Positions 28,951 to 36,374 of a stretch of DNA of 51,608 nt are shown here, piece by piece (position 1 is the first letter of the stretch; every line of letters starts with the position of its first letter). Source of the DNA: Bacteroidia bacterium. Lineage in GTDB: Bacteria; Bacteroidota; Bacteroidia; Flavobacteriales_D; Crocinitomicaceae. The DNA is taken from NCBI GenBank assembly GCA_030427935.1, contig JAUICI010000010.1, positions 1 to 51,608 on the forward strand. Reading direction: 5' to 3'. Made by a program: the position numbers and the translations under genes. The notes beneath the pieces were generated by a model. The model was not told where the DNA came from, ran no database searches, and saw only the letters and a program-made list of their open reading frames with translations.

Positions 28951-31289
28951 ATTTAGACTTATCCATACAGGAAATTCTTGATGTTTGCGAGGGTAAACTC
29001 CTTTCTGGAAACCCAAACAATGAAATTAATAGAGTCGATATTGACTCAAGAGATGTTTATCTACCAGAGCAAACTTTGTTCATTCCATTGAAGGGGAATA
29101 AAACCGACGGACATGCCTTTATTCCTGAACTTTACAGTCAAGGTTGTCGTTCTTTTTTAACTGAAAAAACTATTGATTTACCTTCCGATGCCAATCTCAT
29201 TTTAGTTGAAAACAGTTTGGAGTCGCTTCAGCAATTGGCTGCTCATCATCGAGATAAATTCGATATTCCGGTGATTGGAATTACTGGAAGTAACGGAAAA
29301 ACCATTGTAAAAGAGTGGATTTATGAACTGTTAAAAGAGGAGTATTCCATTGTTCGCAGTCCGAAAAGTTATAATTCTAAAATCGGCGTAGCTCTATCGG
29401 TACTTCAAATTCGTTCGATCCATAATTTAGCCATTTTTGAAGCTGGAATTAGCGCTCATGGTGAAATGAATGCTTTGGAGAAAATGATTCAACCTACGGT
29501 GGGAGTTTTTACGGGAATTGGCTCTGCACATCATGCTGGCTTTGAATCTGAAGACCACAAATTGATAGAAAAATTCAAATTGTTTCAGAACTGTTCGAAA
29601 GTCATTTGCAATGAACAATTTCTTTCACATACAGAAGCTGAAGTCCTTTCTTGGAAAGATTCCGATCTTGAAATTCGTGGGCAACAATCCTTTGTTTCTC
29701 TGGATGATAAGGATTTAGTAATTGATTTTACCACGCAGTTTCCAACTAATTTGATGAACGCCCTTGTTTGCGCGAGTTTGTTCTCAGATCATTTTGAGAA
29801 TCATATTTCTGATTTATCCAGTCTTTCTCTGAGACTAGAAACAGAAAAGGGAAACAATGGAAATATCATCATCAATGATTCCTATAATTTTGATCTGGAT
29901 TCTTTAAAAATTGCCCTGAACTATCAATACCAGCAGTATCCATCTGGACATAAAGTCTTAATTGCCTCCAAGCCAACATATGATATCGAGTCCACGTTCC
30001 ATAAGATCATAGACAATTACGGTCTGAATAAAATTATTCTAATTGGCGATGGAAATAGTACAAATGAGATTCAATATTTTACCTCAAAAGAGGCTTTAAT
30101 TCAATCTGGAGAGTTAGATCAGTTTTCAGATTCCGTTATTCTCATCAAGGGCTATCGAAATGATCATTTGGAAGAATTGGTTTTGCATTTAGAGGAGATT
30201 ACGCACAAAACCTGGTTGGAGATCGATCTTCCAGCCATTCGAAATAATATTCAAGTCTTTAGAAATAAATTGGATCCCAATTGCATGCTTTTGGCCATGG
30301 TGAAAGCTTCTGCTTATGGCGGAGGCTTAGATCGTATCGCGCATGTATTGGAACAAGAAAAAATTAATTATTTGGGTGTAGCTTATACAGAAGAGGGAGT
30401 TAAGCTTCGCGCAGCGGGAATTTCTAGCCCCATCATGGTCATGAACTCTGAAAAACAGGGCTTTTCCAAAATGGTAGAAAATCAGATCGAGCCCTCCATT
30501 TACAATTTGAATTTACTCGAAGATTTTATTCGATTTCTCATCAAAAAAGGCATTAAAAATTACCCCATTCACCTGAAAATTGAAACGGGTATGAATCGAC
30601 TTGGATTTCGATCTTCGGAGCTAAAATTGCTTCTAGATAAAATTGCGAGTCAGCCCGAAGTACGTGTTAAATCGGTCTTTTCGCATTTATCTTCCTCGGA
30701 TGATCCTAGCGAACTTAATTGGAGTGAGCAACAAGAAGACCGTTTTGATCAAGCCTGTGAAGAAATCCGGAAGGGCTTGGGTTATGATTTCATTCGACAC
30801 CTCTACAATACCAACGCCATATTACATTTTCAAAATCATAAATACGAAATGGCTCGGATGGGAATTGGTCTTTACGGCATCAGCGAACCTCAAGTTCAAA
30901 GCTTGGAAGCGGTGCTGAAACTCAAGACTAAAATCTCCCAAGTCAGAAAAATACAAGCGGGAGAATCGGTGGGCTATTCAAGAACTTTTAAAGCCAAAAA
31001 AGAAATGCGGATTGGAGTTCTAGCCATAGGTTATGCCGACGGACTTCTAAGAAGTTATTCTTCCCAGGGGCAAGTCTATGTGGACGGTAAATTGGTTCCC
31101 ATAGTTGGGAATGTTTGTATGGACATGACCATGATTGATTTATCCGACACCAATGCCGCGGAAGGCGATGACGTTGAAATCTTTGGAGACCATATCTCTG
31201 TTACTGAATTAGCAGATAAAACAGGAACGATTCCTTACGAGATTTTTACTCGAATTTCAGATCGAGTGAAGCGGGTTTATTTGGATTAA
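28947..31289 (+). CDS. murF: Bifunctional MurF (UDP-MurNAc-tripeptide--D-Ala-D-Ala ligase) / alanine racemase fusion
   Basis: N-terminal Mur ligase (GITGSNGKT) and C-terminal alanine racemase (AMVKASAYGGG PLP-Lys region ... GNVCMDM). Confidence 0.85.
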   Translation: MNLDLSIQEILDVCEGKLLSGNPNNEINRVDIDSRDVYLPEQTLFIPLKGNKTDGHAFIPELYSQGCRSFLTEKTIDLPSDANLILVENSLESLQQLAAHHRDKFDIPVIGITGSNGKTIVKEWIYELLKEEYSIVRSPKSYNSKIGVALSVLQIRSIHNLAIFEAGISAHGEMNALEKMIQPTVGVFTGIGSAHHAGFESEDHKLIEKFKLFQNCSKVICNEQFLSHTEAEVLSWKDSDLEIRGQQSFVSLDDKDLVIDFTTQFPTNLMNALVCASLFSDHFENHISDLSSLSLRLETEKGNNGNIIINDSYNFDLDSLKIALNYQYQQYPSGHKVLIASKPTYDIESTFHKIIDNYGLNKIILIGDGNSTNEIQYFTSKEALIQSGELDQFSDSVILIKGYRNDHLEELVLHLEEITHKTWLEIDLPAIRNNIQVFRNKLDPNCMLLAMVKASAYGGGLDRIAHVLEQEKINYLGVAYTEEGVKLRAAGISSPIMVMNSEKQGFSKMVENQIEPSIYNLNLLEDFIRFLIKKGIKNYPIHLKIETGMNRLGFRSSELKLLLDKIASQPEVRVKSVFSHLSSSDDPSELNWSEQQEDRFDQACEEIRKGLGYDFIRHLYNTNAILHFQNHKYEMARMGIGLYGISEPQVQSLEAVLKLKTKISQVRKIQAGESVGYSRTFKAKKEMRIGVLAIGYADGLLRSYSSQGQVYVDGKLVPIVGNVCMDMTMIDLSDTNAAEGDDVEIFGDHISVTELADKTGTIPYEIFTRISDRVKRVYLD

Positions 31290-31399
31290 AACCTACAAAG
31301 ATCCACCTCAAGAACGCAATCTTTTTGCGCAATCAACTTTATTTGAAAATTTGAGAAAATAAAGCAACTATTCCTTGTAAGTTTCGTTTTCCCAATGCA

Positions 31400-31427
31400 G
31401 ATTCGCAGAAAATTTTGCGAACGAATC
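31400..31427. promoter_or_regulatory. Imperfect palindrome / dyad element (CGCA-N8-TGCG family)
   Basis: GATTCGCAGAAAATTTTGCGAACGAATC. Nested arms GATTCG/CGAATC and TTCGCA/TGCGAA. Confidence 0.25.
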
Positions 31428-31433
31428 CAGAAA

Positions 31434-31562
31434 ATGGAAACAATTAGAAATGAACATATCAAGCATTGTGCATCCTTACGCCCGCAAGGCAGTAAGATGA
31501 TATCGAAATTTTATCAGCTAGATGAAATCACGGACAAAGAATGCTTGATCTCGACACGATAA
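31434..31562 (+). CDS. Possible small ORF (42 aa), speculative
   Basis: ATG...TAA frame METIRNEHIKHCASLRPQGSKMISKFYQLDEITDKECLISTR, followed about 30 nt later by a strong terminator. No homology evidence. Confidence 0.15.
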   Translation: METIRNEHIKHCASLRPQGSKMISKFYQLDEITDKECLISTR

Positions 31563-31592
31563 TAGAGAATACTCTACATAAGATATTGTGAA

Positions 31593-31620
31593 CCCGGTCA
31601 GCATTTGATCGGGTTTTTTT
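31593..31620 (+). terminator. Strong rho-independent terminator
   Basis: CCCGGTCA-gcatt-TGATCGGG followed by T7. Confidence 0.6.
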
Positions 31621-31654
31621 GTGCCCAAAATTTTAAATGAATTTTTAGGATAGT

Positions 31655-31860
31655 GCTTGCTCGCTTAGAAAAGGCATTCACACGGGAGGGTGAAATAGTG
31701 TGGTCGACTTAGTCGATTTTCAGGGACCGAAATTCATTTATTGGAAATGCAAGCAGATAGGTGACTGCACCGCTCTTGAAAAGCGACGATCTTAACAGAC
31801 TTGGGGGTTCGAACTTAGCGTAGCGATCTCATGAGACGCTAGTCGAGTACTCCCCCCGTT
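31655..31860. other. GC-rich structured non-coding patch immediately 3' of the WYL-PhyH gene (minus strand); candidate 3' element or small RNA
   Basis: GGGGG...CCCCCC enclosing near-perfect palindrome TAGCG-A-TCTCATGAGA-CGCTA and palindromic GTTCGAAC. Shares motifs with patch 14750-15010. Confidence 0.25.
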
Positions 31861-31864
31861 TCCG

Positions 31865-33601
31865 CTAAATCAATTCAGGTAATTTCTCTGCCTCTGCCCA
31901 TTTGAGTTCTTTGGGCAGTTTGGCTGAGGAAAACTCGAGATGAATGACTCTTCTCTTTTTGGGTTTTTTACTTTTAGCTGAAGCATGCAGAATAAGCGGC
32001 TTCATCAAATGGATACCCCCTGTTTCAACTTCACATAAAACTGGAATACTATTTTCTGCAATCATCATGATCTCTTCCGAAGACAATTGCTTCTTATGTG
32101 AACCCGGAATGACCTTCAAAGCCCCATTTTCTTCGTGAGCTGGATCTAAGTGAATCCGAATAGAAAATGTCTGCTGATTGATCTCTTCTGGTGGTCGAAC
32201 ACTGATAATTCCATCCTTGTTTGTCCAACCAGAATACCCCTCCACCTTCACTTTTTTCTTCACATTAATAGGGACGTCTTGATGCATGGTGACATACCAA
32301 TTGTCTTCATCTGTTTTATTGAAATAAATGGCTTTGACCAGTTTGACTTTGGGGTCAATTTTAGTAATGATCTCAAGTAAATTTTTATTGAAAATGAATT
32401 TCTTCAAATCTGGTATTTCTTTGAGAATGGCCCGAATCGCGTAAGGCTTTTTGAGCTGTTTTTCTTTAAAATAATTATTCAGCAAGGGGGCCATTTTATT
32501 GATTTCGCGATTTGTATAGACGTTATTCATCAAAGCAAAACCACGATGTTCGAGTTGCTTGGAACTCTTTTCAATATTTTTAGTCGAAAGTACCGTTCGA
32601 TAATTATCCTGTGCCCATTGAAGTCTTTGTTCAATGTTTCTTTTCAATTTTTCAGGCTGGATGACACGCATCACTTCACCATAACTTAAAATCTCTTTTT
32701 CCAATTCAAAATTATGTTGAACATCCAGAGAGATTGTAACTCCATAATAATCCTTATCAATCACTTTCTGACTCGAATGCAAAGGTTTCGTGATCACATA
32801 GGGTGCATGTTTATGGGTAATGAACAGTTTGACTTTCTCTGTTGGCATTGTCGGCGATACGGATACTCCAATGGCATTTTGAAAATAGGTTTGTGGGTCA
32901 AAATCTAAATTATGGACAAACTTCGCCTCAGATTTTTCAAGGCTAATGATTCGGTCTAGAGCCAAATTCATCAGTTGGGCATCCTTTTTCTTTTTCCCAA
33001 TTACAAACCATCTATTTCTGAATTCTTTCAGTAAATAAGGATGAAAATCAAAACTATTGGCTTGCCTTGCTTTAAAGGATTGATAGGTAATCAAAATCGG
33101 ACGATAATTAATAATTGCTTGATACAATTCATCCAAGAAATCCAATCCTTTCAAGTTTTCATTCTTTTCAAAATCAATCACAGGCATTTGATCCGTTTGC
33201 TGACTATGCACATGATCCTCCAATTTTTGAACCATGGAGTCCAATTCCCTGAAATGAGAAAATCCTTTAAACTGTTTTAAGAACTCCACTGCTTCCGTAA
33301 GTTTACTCAAATCCTGATCTGAAATCGGAATATTGGTAATAGAATAATCCGGATCTTCATATGTATAAAAACGCTTATCGACTACAATGATGGGTGCATT
33401 ATAACCCAATTTATCCGATCTCATGATTTGAATATCCCCTTGAACTGTTCTTCGACTTACCCCTTTATCAATTCCTTCATATTCATATAAGGCATCTGAA
33501 CACGCATCAATCAAATCTTCCAAAGTCCATTTACGAAAGCGGTTCTGTAGACATTTATCAATGGTTTTATATCGGATTAAAGCATTCTTATTAACGGCCA
33601 T
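31865..33601 (-). CDS. Fusion protein: N-terminal HTH + WYL-domain regulator, C-terminal PhyH-like 2OG-Fe(II) dioxygenase
   Basis: N-terminus MAVNKNALIRYKTIDKCLQNRFRKWTLEDLIDACSDAL... and NRWFVIGKKKKDAQLMNLALDRIISLE (WYL-type motif) match the abundant Bacteroidota WYL-regulator family. C-terminal approx 250 aa has dioxygenase motifs MHQDVP (HxD), IHLDPAHEENGALKVIPGSHK, IHLMKPLILHAS. Start trimmed to the internal Met at 33601. Confidence 0.7.
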   Translation of the reverse strand: MAVNKNALIRYKTIDKCLQNRFRKWTLEDLIDACSDALYEYEGIDKGVSRRTVQGDIQIMRSDKLGYNAPIIVVDKRFYTYEDPDYSITNIPISDQDLSKLTEAVEFLKQFKGFSHFRELDSMVQKLEDHVHSQQTDQMPVIDFEKNENLKGLDFLDELYQAIINYRPILITYQSFKARQANSFDFHPYLLKEFRNRWFVIGKKKKDAQLMNLALDRIISLEKSEAKFVHNLDFDPQTYFQNAIGVSVSPTMPTEKVKLFITHKHAPYVITKPLHSSQKVIDKDYYGVTISLDVQHNFELEKEILSYGEVMRVIQPEKLKRNIEQRLQWAQDNYRTVLSTKNIEKSSKQLEHRGFALMNNVYTNREINKMAPLLNNYFKEKQLKKPYAIRAILKEIPDLKKFIFNKNLLEIITKIDPKVKLVKAIYFNKTDEDNWYVTMHQDVPINVKKKVKVEGYSGWTNKDGIISVRPPEEINQQTFSIRIHLDPAHEENGALKVIPGSHKKQLSSEEIMMIAENSIPVLCEVETGGIHLMKPLILHASAKSKKPKKRRVIHLEFSSAKLPKELKWAEAEKLPELI

Positions 33602-33638
33602 TTCAAAAAATTTTAAATAAAAATACAAGAAATATTTC

Positions 33639-33662
33639 ACTACGCAAATAGGCTGCGCACAA
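33639..33662. promoter_or_regulatory. Dyad motif ACTACGCAAATAGGCTGCGCACAA (CGCA-N7-TGCG family), about 40 nt upstream of the WYL-PhyH gene and 125 nt upstream of tRNA-Tyr
   Basis: One of three near-identical 24-nt motifs (others at 38933 and 40228). Confidence 0.35.
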
Positions 33663-33786
33663 TCTAAATTACTTTGCTTCATCGTTCATTGATAAACAGA
33701 ATGAGAAACAGAAAGAGAATGAGCATTATTAATTAACAATCAACACAAATCTCTCATTCTTCGCTCTGTTTCTCATTCTGACAACA

Positions 33787-33870
33787 GGGGGTGCGCCAAC
33801 GTTGGAGAGTTGGGCTGGACTGTAAATCCAGTGGCTTAAGCCTGAATAGGTTCGATTCCTATCACCCCCA
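33787..33870 (+). tRNA. tRNA-Tyr (anticodon GTA), class II
   Basis: Manual fold: acceptor GGGGGTG/CACCCCC, anticodon stem CTGGA/TCCAG with loop CTGTAAA, variable hairpin GGCTTAAGCC, T-arm ATAGGTTCGATTCCTAT. Confidence 0.7.
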
Positions 33871-33935
33871 CGGAGGCAGAGTGAGTGCGGAGTGTGAGAA
33901 TGAGGGTATCTCATTCCGGTTCTCATTCTGACAAA

Positions 33936-34008
33936 GGAGAAGTAGCAAAGCTGGTCTATGCGTCCCGCTGAAAACGGGAAGATAATGGTTCGACTCCATT
34001 CTTTTCCA
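33936..34008 (+). tRNA. tRNA-Phe (anticodon GAA)
   Basis: Acceptor GGAGAAG/CTTTTCC (one G-U), anticodon stem TCCCG/CGGGA with loop CTGAAAA, T-arm AATGGTTCGACTCCATT. Confidence 0.65.
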
Positions 34009-34023
34009 CAGGTAGATTTTTAG

Positions 34024-34112
34024 AGAAGAGTAAGTCCATAATTGGTATTGGCGCACCCTGCTAAGGTGTTCATCACTTTGGTGGTGTGAGGGTTCGAATC
34101 CCTCCTCTTCTG
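34024..34112 (+). tRNA. tRNA-Ser (anticodon GCT), class II
   Basis: Acceptor AGAAGAG/CTCTTCT, anticodon loop CTGCTAA, long variable arm CATCAC/GTGGTG, T-arm GAGGGTTCGAATCCCTC, discriminator G. D-arm irregular. Confidence 0.6.
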
Positions 34113-34127
34113 CTCAAAAATTTAGAT

Positions 34128-34200
34128 GCAATTGTAGCTTAACGGGTTGAGCACCGGTCTTTTAAATCGGGGGTAGTAGGTTCGAGCCCTACCAGTTGCA
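34128..34200 (+). tRNA. tRNA-Lys (anticodon TTT)
   Basis: Acceptor GCAATTG/CAGTTGC, D-arm GCTTAACGGGTTGAGC, anticodon stem CCGGT/ATCGG with loop CTTTTAA, T-arm GTAGGTTCGAGCCCTAC. Confidence 0.7.
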
Positions 34201-34387
34201 CAGTAGTAGAGCGAGAATACAGAACGAGAATGAGAATCTTCATTCTACTTCTGCTCCTCATTCTGCAAAAGATCTTCATCCGAAAAGTCGGAGAAGCGCG
34301 GAAAGAAGCCAAATTCTGAAGACCTGATCTGTGTGTTGAAGCACAGAGGTATTCGCTTGGTAAAGTTGAATATGCCGATTCATTATT

Positions 34388-34553
34388 TAGCTGTCTTTCT
34401 CTTGACGGTATAGGTCAGAGGTTCGAATCCTCTCATAGCTAGGACTATGTAGCTCAGTTGGGTAGAGCAATATCACAATCGCGCGGGTTCGAATCCCGCC
34501 ACGCTTAAGGTGCGTGTAGCTCAGTTGGTCAGAGCACTAGACTGTAAATCTAG
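34388..34553 (+). pseudogene. Three consecutive degenerate tRNA-like fragments, none with a complete cloverleaf
   Basis: 34388-34441: acceptor, T-arm (AGAGGTTCGAATCCTCT) and CATAGCT but no anticodon arm. 34442-34507: D-arm TAGCTCAGTTGGGTAGAGCA joined directly to T-arm GCGGGTTCGAATCCCGC. 34509-34553: acceptor, canonical D-arm and anticodon arm CTAGA-CTGTAAA-TCTAG (GTA, Tyr-like) with no T-arm. The 3' strand of each unit is complementary to the 5' start of the next (CATAG/CTATG, CACGC/GCGTG). Confidence 0.4.
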
Positions 34554-34842
34554 TATCGTTAAGAAGTTGATCTCTTCAGAAAAGGATCACCAATAAATCA
34601 AGTAGCGCAGGTCTGTTGCGTAGTTTCTTCGGAAACCATGAAACAGCTTTTAGCCTGCCCTGAGTCAGAACAAGATTTGAAAACAAGTTTTGTTTCGAAA
34701 GCCAAACTCTGAAGGGGGGAAATTTTTCAGATAAGGTTGGGAAAACAAAACTCCTTTGATAGTCGCCTTCTGTCTCCGCCGATTAGGAGCGACTTGGTTG
34801 CTTGATTTGTTTTTGAATTAGTAATTATTAAACCTGTCAAAT

Positions 34843-35946
34843 ATGACTTATGTTAGAATCAACAAAGGAAACATCGGGTTGGTTTTCCGATATGGAGACC
34901 TTGTCGATGTGGTGAAGCCAGGACTTCACTGGATTGGATGGAACGACCGAGTAACATCCTACAATGTATATCAACCATTTACTTCGCCTTACAAGGATGA
35001 AGTTTTGCTTGAACACCCTAAATTCAAAGCAATGGTGGATATTGTAGAAGTACGAGACAATGAAATCGCCCTTCGATTTGAGAACGGCTATTTTAAGGGT
35101 GTTTTGAAAACAGGAAAGTACATTTTCTGGAAGGGATTTGTGGACTATGAATTCAAAATCTTGGATACTTCAAGTACGAAAGTCATCCAGAATGAATACA
35201 TCAATAAAATCCAGGATACCGTGATTACAAGTCTCGTTAAAATGTTTCATTTGGAAGAGTATGAAAAAGGATTGCTCTTTGTTGACGGGCATTTCATGCG
35301 AACATTGCCATCTGGACGCTACAGATTCTGGAAAAACAAAACGCCAATTGAATTGGTCAAAGTGGATACAAGAAAACAGCAAATGGAGGTTTCTGGTCAA
35401 GAAATTTTAACGAAAGACAAGGCTTCCATTCGAGTAAGTTTCTTCATCCATTTCCAAGTCAAAGACGTGAAGAAAGCGATCTTGGAAAACAAAAGTTATG
35501 CAGATCAACTCTATATGTTGATGCAATTTGCCTTGAGAGAGTTCATTGGAACATTGACTTTGGACGAATTGCTTGAAAAGAAAAATGAGATCGGAAAATA
35601 CGTGATGAGCAAATCCGAGAAAAAGGCTGAAGAGCTTGGGGTGGAATTGCAAAATGCCGGAATCCGTGATATTATTCTTCCAGGTGATGTGAAAGAGATC
35701 ATGAATCAAGTTCTTGTTGCTCAGAAAAGAGCTCAAGCAAATATCATCACAAGAAGAGAGGAGACTGCGTCTACCAGAAGTTTGCTTAATACAGCAAAAC
35801 TGATGGAAGATAATGCCATGCTTTTCAAGTTGAAAGAAATGGAATACATGGAAAAAATTGCCGAAAAGATTGGAGAAGTTACCGTAAAAGGAGATGGATC
35901 CACTTTGGAACAATTGACCGATATTTTCATTTCGAAAAAGAAATAA
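34843..35946 (+). CDS. SPFH/Band-7 (stomatin/flotillin-like) domain protein
   Basis: SPFH-like core in the C-terminal half (EILTKDKASIRVSFFIHFQVKDV...), N-terminal beta-rich extension. Confidence 0.75.
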   Translation: MTYVRINKGNIGLVFRYGDLVDVVKPGLHWIGWNDRVTSYNVYQPFTSPYKDEVLLEHPKFKAMVDIVEVRDNEIALRFENGYFKGVLKTGKYIFWKGFVDYEFKILDTSSTKVIQNEYINKIQDTVITSLVKMFHLEEYEKGLLFVDGHFMRTLPSGRYRFWKNKTPIELVKVDTRKQQMEVSGQEILTKDKASIRVSFFIHFQVKDVKKAILENKSYADQLYMLMQFALREFIGTLTLDELLEKKNEIGKYVMSKSEKKAEELGVELQNAGIRDIILPGDVKEIMNQVLVAQKRAQANIITRREETASTRSLLNTAKLMEDNAMLFKLKEMEYMEKIAEKIGEVTVKGDGSTLEQLTDIFISKKK

Positions 35947-35989
35947 AGTTCTACCTGAGGTGATGACCTTGGGTGGAATTTTAAATTTT

Positions 35990-36008
35990 CCCTATACGAA
36001 GTATAGGG
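35990..36008. terminator. Hairpin after the SPFH gene
   Basis: CCCTATAC-gaa-GTATAGGG. No clean U-tract. Confidence 0.4.
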
Positions 36009-36374
36009 GCAAAAAAGTCGAAAATTTTTCTTGCGATTGTAAAATTTTACTGCTTATCTTTGTCCTCGATAACGCTCTTCAAAAAGTATTCACTTTTTAA
36101 AACTGAGCAATTATGATGTTATTTAGTCTACATATCAAAAAAGCGATCGGGAAAAGCTAGACGGCTAGTCTGGACTTCAAAATATTCATCCTGATCCATG
36201 TGATTGGGATTTTTTTTGTCCTAAGATTTCGACCCGTTCGAAACATCACATCATGCTGGAGCCTCTTGAAGGGCCCCCAGCGAGTTTATCATTTTTTTAT
36301 TGAGACTGAATTTTGAAAGTATTCAATCTTCAGTCAGGCATTCTTAGCACTAAGTATGCTCAAATTTTTATGCT

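Noticed and set aside
33729-34056. ORFs 33729-33926 and 33862-34056 (minus strand)
   Set aside because: They lie across the tRNA-Tyr/Phe/Ser genes and their structured spacers. The translations are low-complexity.
33700-34620. CRISPR array (repeated GAGAATGAG / CTCATTCTG-type units)
   Set aside because: The repeats are short, imperfect, inverted rather than direct, and each pair flanks a tRNA gene. There is no regular repeat-spacer periodicity and no cas genes.
36300-36374. Sigma-54 (-24/-12) promoter upstream of rtcB, by analogy to E. coli rtcBA
   Set aside because: Closest candidate AGGCATTCTTAGCA has GG and GC two positions too close. No TGGCAC-N5-TTGC match.
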